From Marsupella aquatica (taxonomy: Eukaryota; Plantae; Marchantiophyta): a stretch of 64,000 nucleotides of DNA. Each line of letters opens with the position of its first letter. The stretch's first letter is position 1. A program made the translations under genes and the position numbers. The stretch lies in the NCBI GenBank assembly GCA_973895155.1, contig OZ316897.1, positions 15,871,375-15,935,374 of the forward strand. Reading direction: 5' to 3'. Below are positions 61,270 through 64,000 of this stretch, piece by piece. Below the pieces are notes generated by a model, which had not been told where the DNA came from, made no database searches, and worked only from the letters and a program-made list of their open reading frames with translations.

Positions 61270-64000
61270 ATATGAACAATTAGAGCAACCACATCTACGG
61301 AACAGAGTTACATTTGAAGTGGAAGAGCCTAAAGCTCCTTCAAACAAAAAATACTCAAGGTCAATCTCACACATCATCTTGTGTAGCGAAATGCATTGGA
61401 CAACGAAATGAATTTTTCAAGATACACGCTCCGCGCTCTCATGTATGACCCTTGCTTGGCTGGTCAATGTACCTCGGTGAAATATAGTACCTACAGTAGT
61501 TTCCATGGAAGTAGCGTAAGTAGTTTTGGACACAGCGTTGAAAACCAGACTGGAAACCTTTAATTAGGACAATATCTACATATGATCATTGTGTACGTAG
61601 CGGAACTTCCATTCAATTCAGCTAAGTACAGAAAGAACAGTCAGGTAAACGCCAACCGTTCTCAAGTTATACCCTTCAGACAGATTTACCCGAGGCACAC
61701 ACTAATCCGCAAAGGCATACAGGACCAAAGAGTTTCCAAAGGTTTACAGGAGATGCAGATCTGGGGTCACTCGAACTGAAGTGGGACCCCAAATCCAAAC
61801 CAAACACACTAATCCTTTGTTTAGTATGTTGGAACAGCATCATGCCATTTCTTTTCAAAATAATTTATGCAAAACTGTGACAATGAGCTCCTTTGACTAG
61901 TCATCACTGTCTTACACTACAAGCTCTAAATTATCGTGCCAGGGCTTATATATATCAGATGTTATGGTTGATAAAAGCGTAAATGAATCTGATTGCTTTG
62001 TGTCTTCGAAATTTCTCACTGTTCCAAGCTAGTGAGGGCTCTTCCATGACTTTACATCTCTGCCAGTCCGTCCGTTCATCCGCAGGGCAAACTAACGGGT
62101 CATGGGGAGCATACTGGGTCACAAGGGAAATCAACGAGGTAGGAATGAGCGACCAGCAACAACTAGGAAACAAAGCCGGGAACGGGAACTTATCCTGGTT
62201 CCTTTAGCTGTTGTTTCTAGGGAAACCAATCTGAGAATGAGCTGTTTTCCTGATTTCTTGAGCAACCCATATGGACTTCGGTGCTCGGAGCCAGGAGTCT
62301 GAAATGAGGGAGGGGCGCCTAGGTTGCAAAGCTGGTTGAATTTCACTAAGCTGACTACTCGATTCTGACATGTGGTTCGATCTCTCTTTAGCCGTCGTTC
62401 TTTTTTCGGCTGAAATCGTTCCTTCAATTGACATCTGGCTGCAGAAACAATCTGCTGGCCAGTGCAATGCATTGTAGTTCGATCCTTGGGTTCATTACAG
62501 TGGACTTCAGTTTGTTTCTATTAAAAAATCGTGCTAGCTTCAATTTCATGGATAGCAGATTGGAACTTTCTAATGTAACCAATTCCCAAGTAAATCAGAC
62601 AAATGGAGCACAAAGTACATATCACACTGCCGAAAAACAACAAGCTTCAAACAGGGAGACAGGATCCCACAGGTAGGGAGACCCAAAAGCGGGGAGAAAA
62701 CACAACAAACCCCAGGAAAACCAGAGAGCCGAATAAGCCAGAATCCAAACAACTGCAAATGATCTAAAACTCAACTGAGCAGCAAACTAAAACCATACTG
62801 AAGGGTATGATTTCTGCGGTGTTTCCCCTTGCAGAAGGACTTCTTTTTCCTCGGAAAGTTCACCATCTTGGCGAGCTGCGTGTGACTGCCGCAACGGCGA
62901 ACTTCGATAGATTCTCAGTCCTTCGATGCCCCGCCCCGCAACAGGAGGCGGACAAGTGAGAGGAAGTCGAGAGAAAGGGCAATCGGATATGCCTCGCCTG
63001 ACTGCCGAGGAATGCGAGCGCTTTCCAGAAAATTATCGTATCCATCAGAATCATATATTCGGATTAAAATTATTCTGTACTGCGTGTGGCAGAACTTTTA
63101 TGGCTTGACGAAAGGACAAATATTACTCTTCAAGAGTGAATTCTAATTTAAAAGGACACAGTGAATTCAATGGACCCGAATCTCCAAAAGAGGATAACTG
63201 TATACGTTGATTTGCTCTCTCGTACAGCGTGTTCTTTCGGCGACTCCAGCAGGTGCTGGCACGATGTGCATTATGCAATGAGCAAGCGACAAGTATTCCC
63301 TACCTTAGGGGATATTTGTCCCGCAGCTGGTTCAAAGGTACTTCTGCAGAATGTTTTATTAGTAATACTATTTGGAAAGTTGATTCCACCATGCACCCTA
63401 CAGAATGGAAACTCGAATGGAAACCGAAGTGGCTTGTGGGCTTGAGATGGTGTTAAGGCTACCCACAATACACAACCACAGCCGAAAGCCTCAACGTGAC
63501 CTCCAGTCCTCAAATCAGGAGTTTGTATTTTCAAATGTACTACACAATTGAATCTAGATGACTGTCTTTTACGTTAAAGAGATTGGCAATACTTTTCTTG
63601 CCGAAATTGGTCTTCGACTATTTGAATTTGGAAGCTTAACTTCTAAATATTTACAGATATGAATTGTTACTGTGGAGAAAACAGTAGCTAAATTTCTCTC
63701 CAATCCTTCATTGGGCTGGTAGTGGGTGAAAAGGAGCACGAGATGCTCGTAGCCCAATCTGGATATTACATTTGTTTTGGGTGTTTAGTGGGTGGCCGTT
63801 TTGTTGGTGGAAAGGAGCACCTTCCTGACAGGGATACTATTAGCTCCCATTCTGGATATTACATTTGTTTAGTTAGAATCGGAAATCTTGTTCACTTTAC
63901 AGAACAGTTCAATATTCTACCAGTGATATCCAATATTCCGAGCCCAAGGTCAACACACACCGTCGCTATCGATGACCCTGCATTACGTAGAGCGAGCTGT

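Noticed and set aside
62926-63456. Cys-containing short ORFs (FCTACG) as a possible zinc-finger remnant or further EDM2 exons
   Set aside because: Interrupted by stops, with no family motif I can support.

Overview
Eukaryotic, intron-containing plant genomic DNA; the gene and TE families suggest a non-seed land plant such as a bryophyte (inference only). Left ~12.6 kb: a large, decayed DNA-transposon-like unit. It has a minus-strand Sola-like (DDD) transposase. Divergent from it is a spliced plus-strand gene encoding a ParB/Srx-like domain and a beta-class N4C/N6A methyltransferase-like fold, followed by an FCP1/NIF-type HAD phosphatase ORF. The introns of that gene carry arrays of a 21-bp GC-rich palindrome. 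Middle: three intronless host genes (pectin acetylesterase, a tandem double-domain GT34 glycosyltransferase, an RLCK pseudokinase), a ~660-bp imperfect foldback and TE debris. 43-50.5 kb: a minus-strand Ty3/Gypsy-type retroelement with the order Gag-protease-C5 DNA methyltransferase-RT-RNaseH-integrase-PHD finger. It is disrupted by frameshifts and a 297-bp MITE, and no LTR pair is visible by eye. Right: a 9-exon EDM2-like PHD gene lacking the C-terminal methyltransferase-like region. All calls are by-eye motif recognition; no searches were run.
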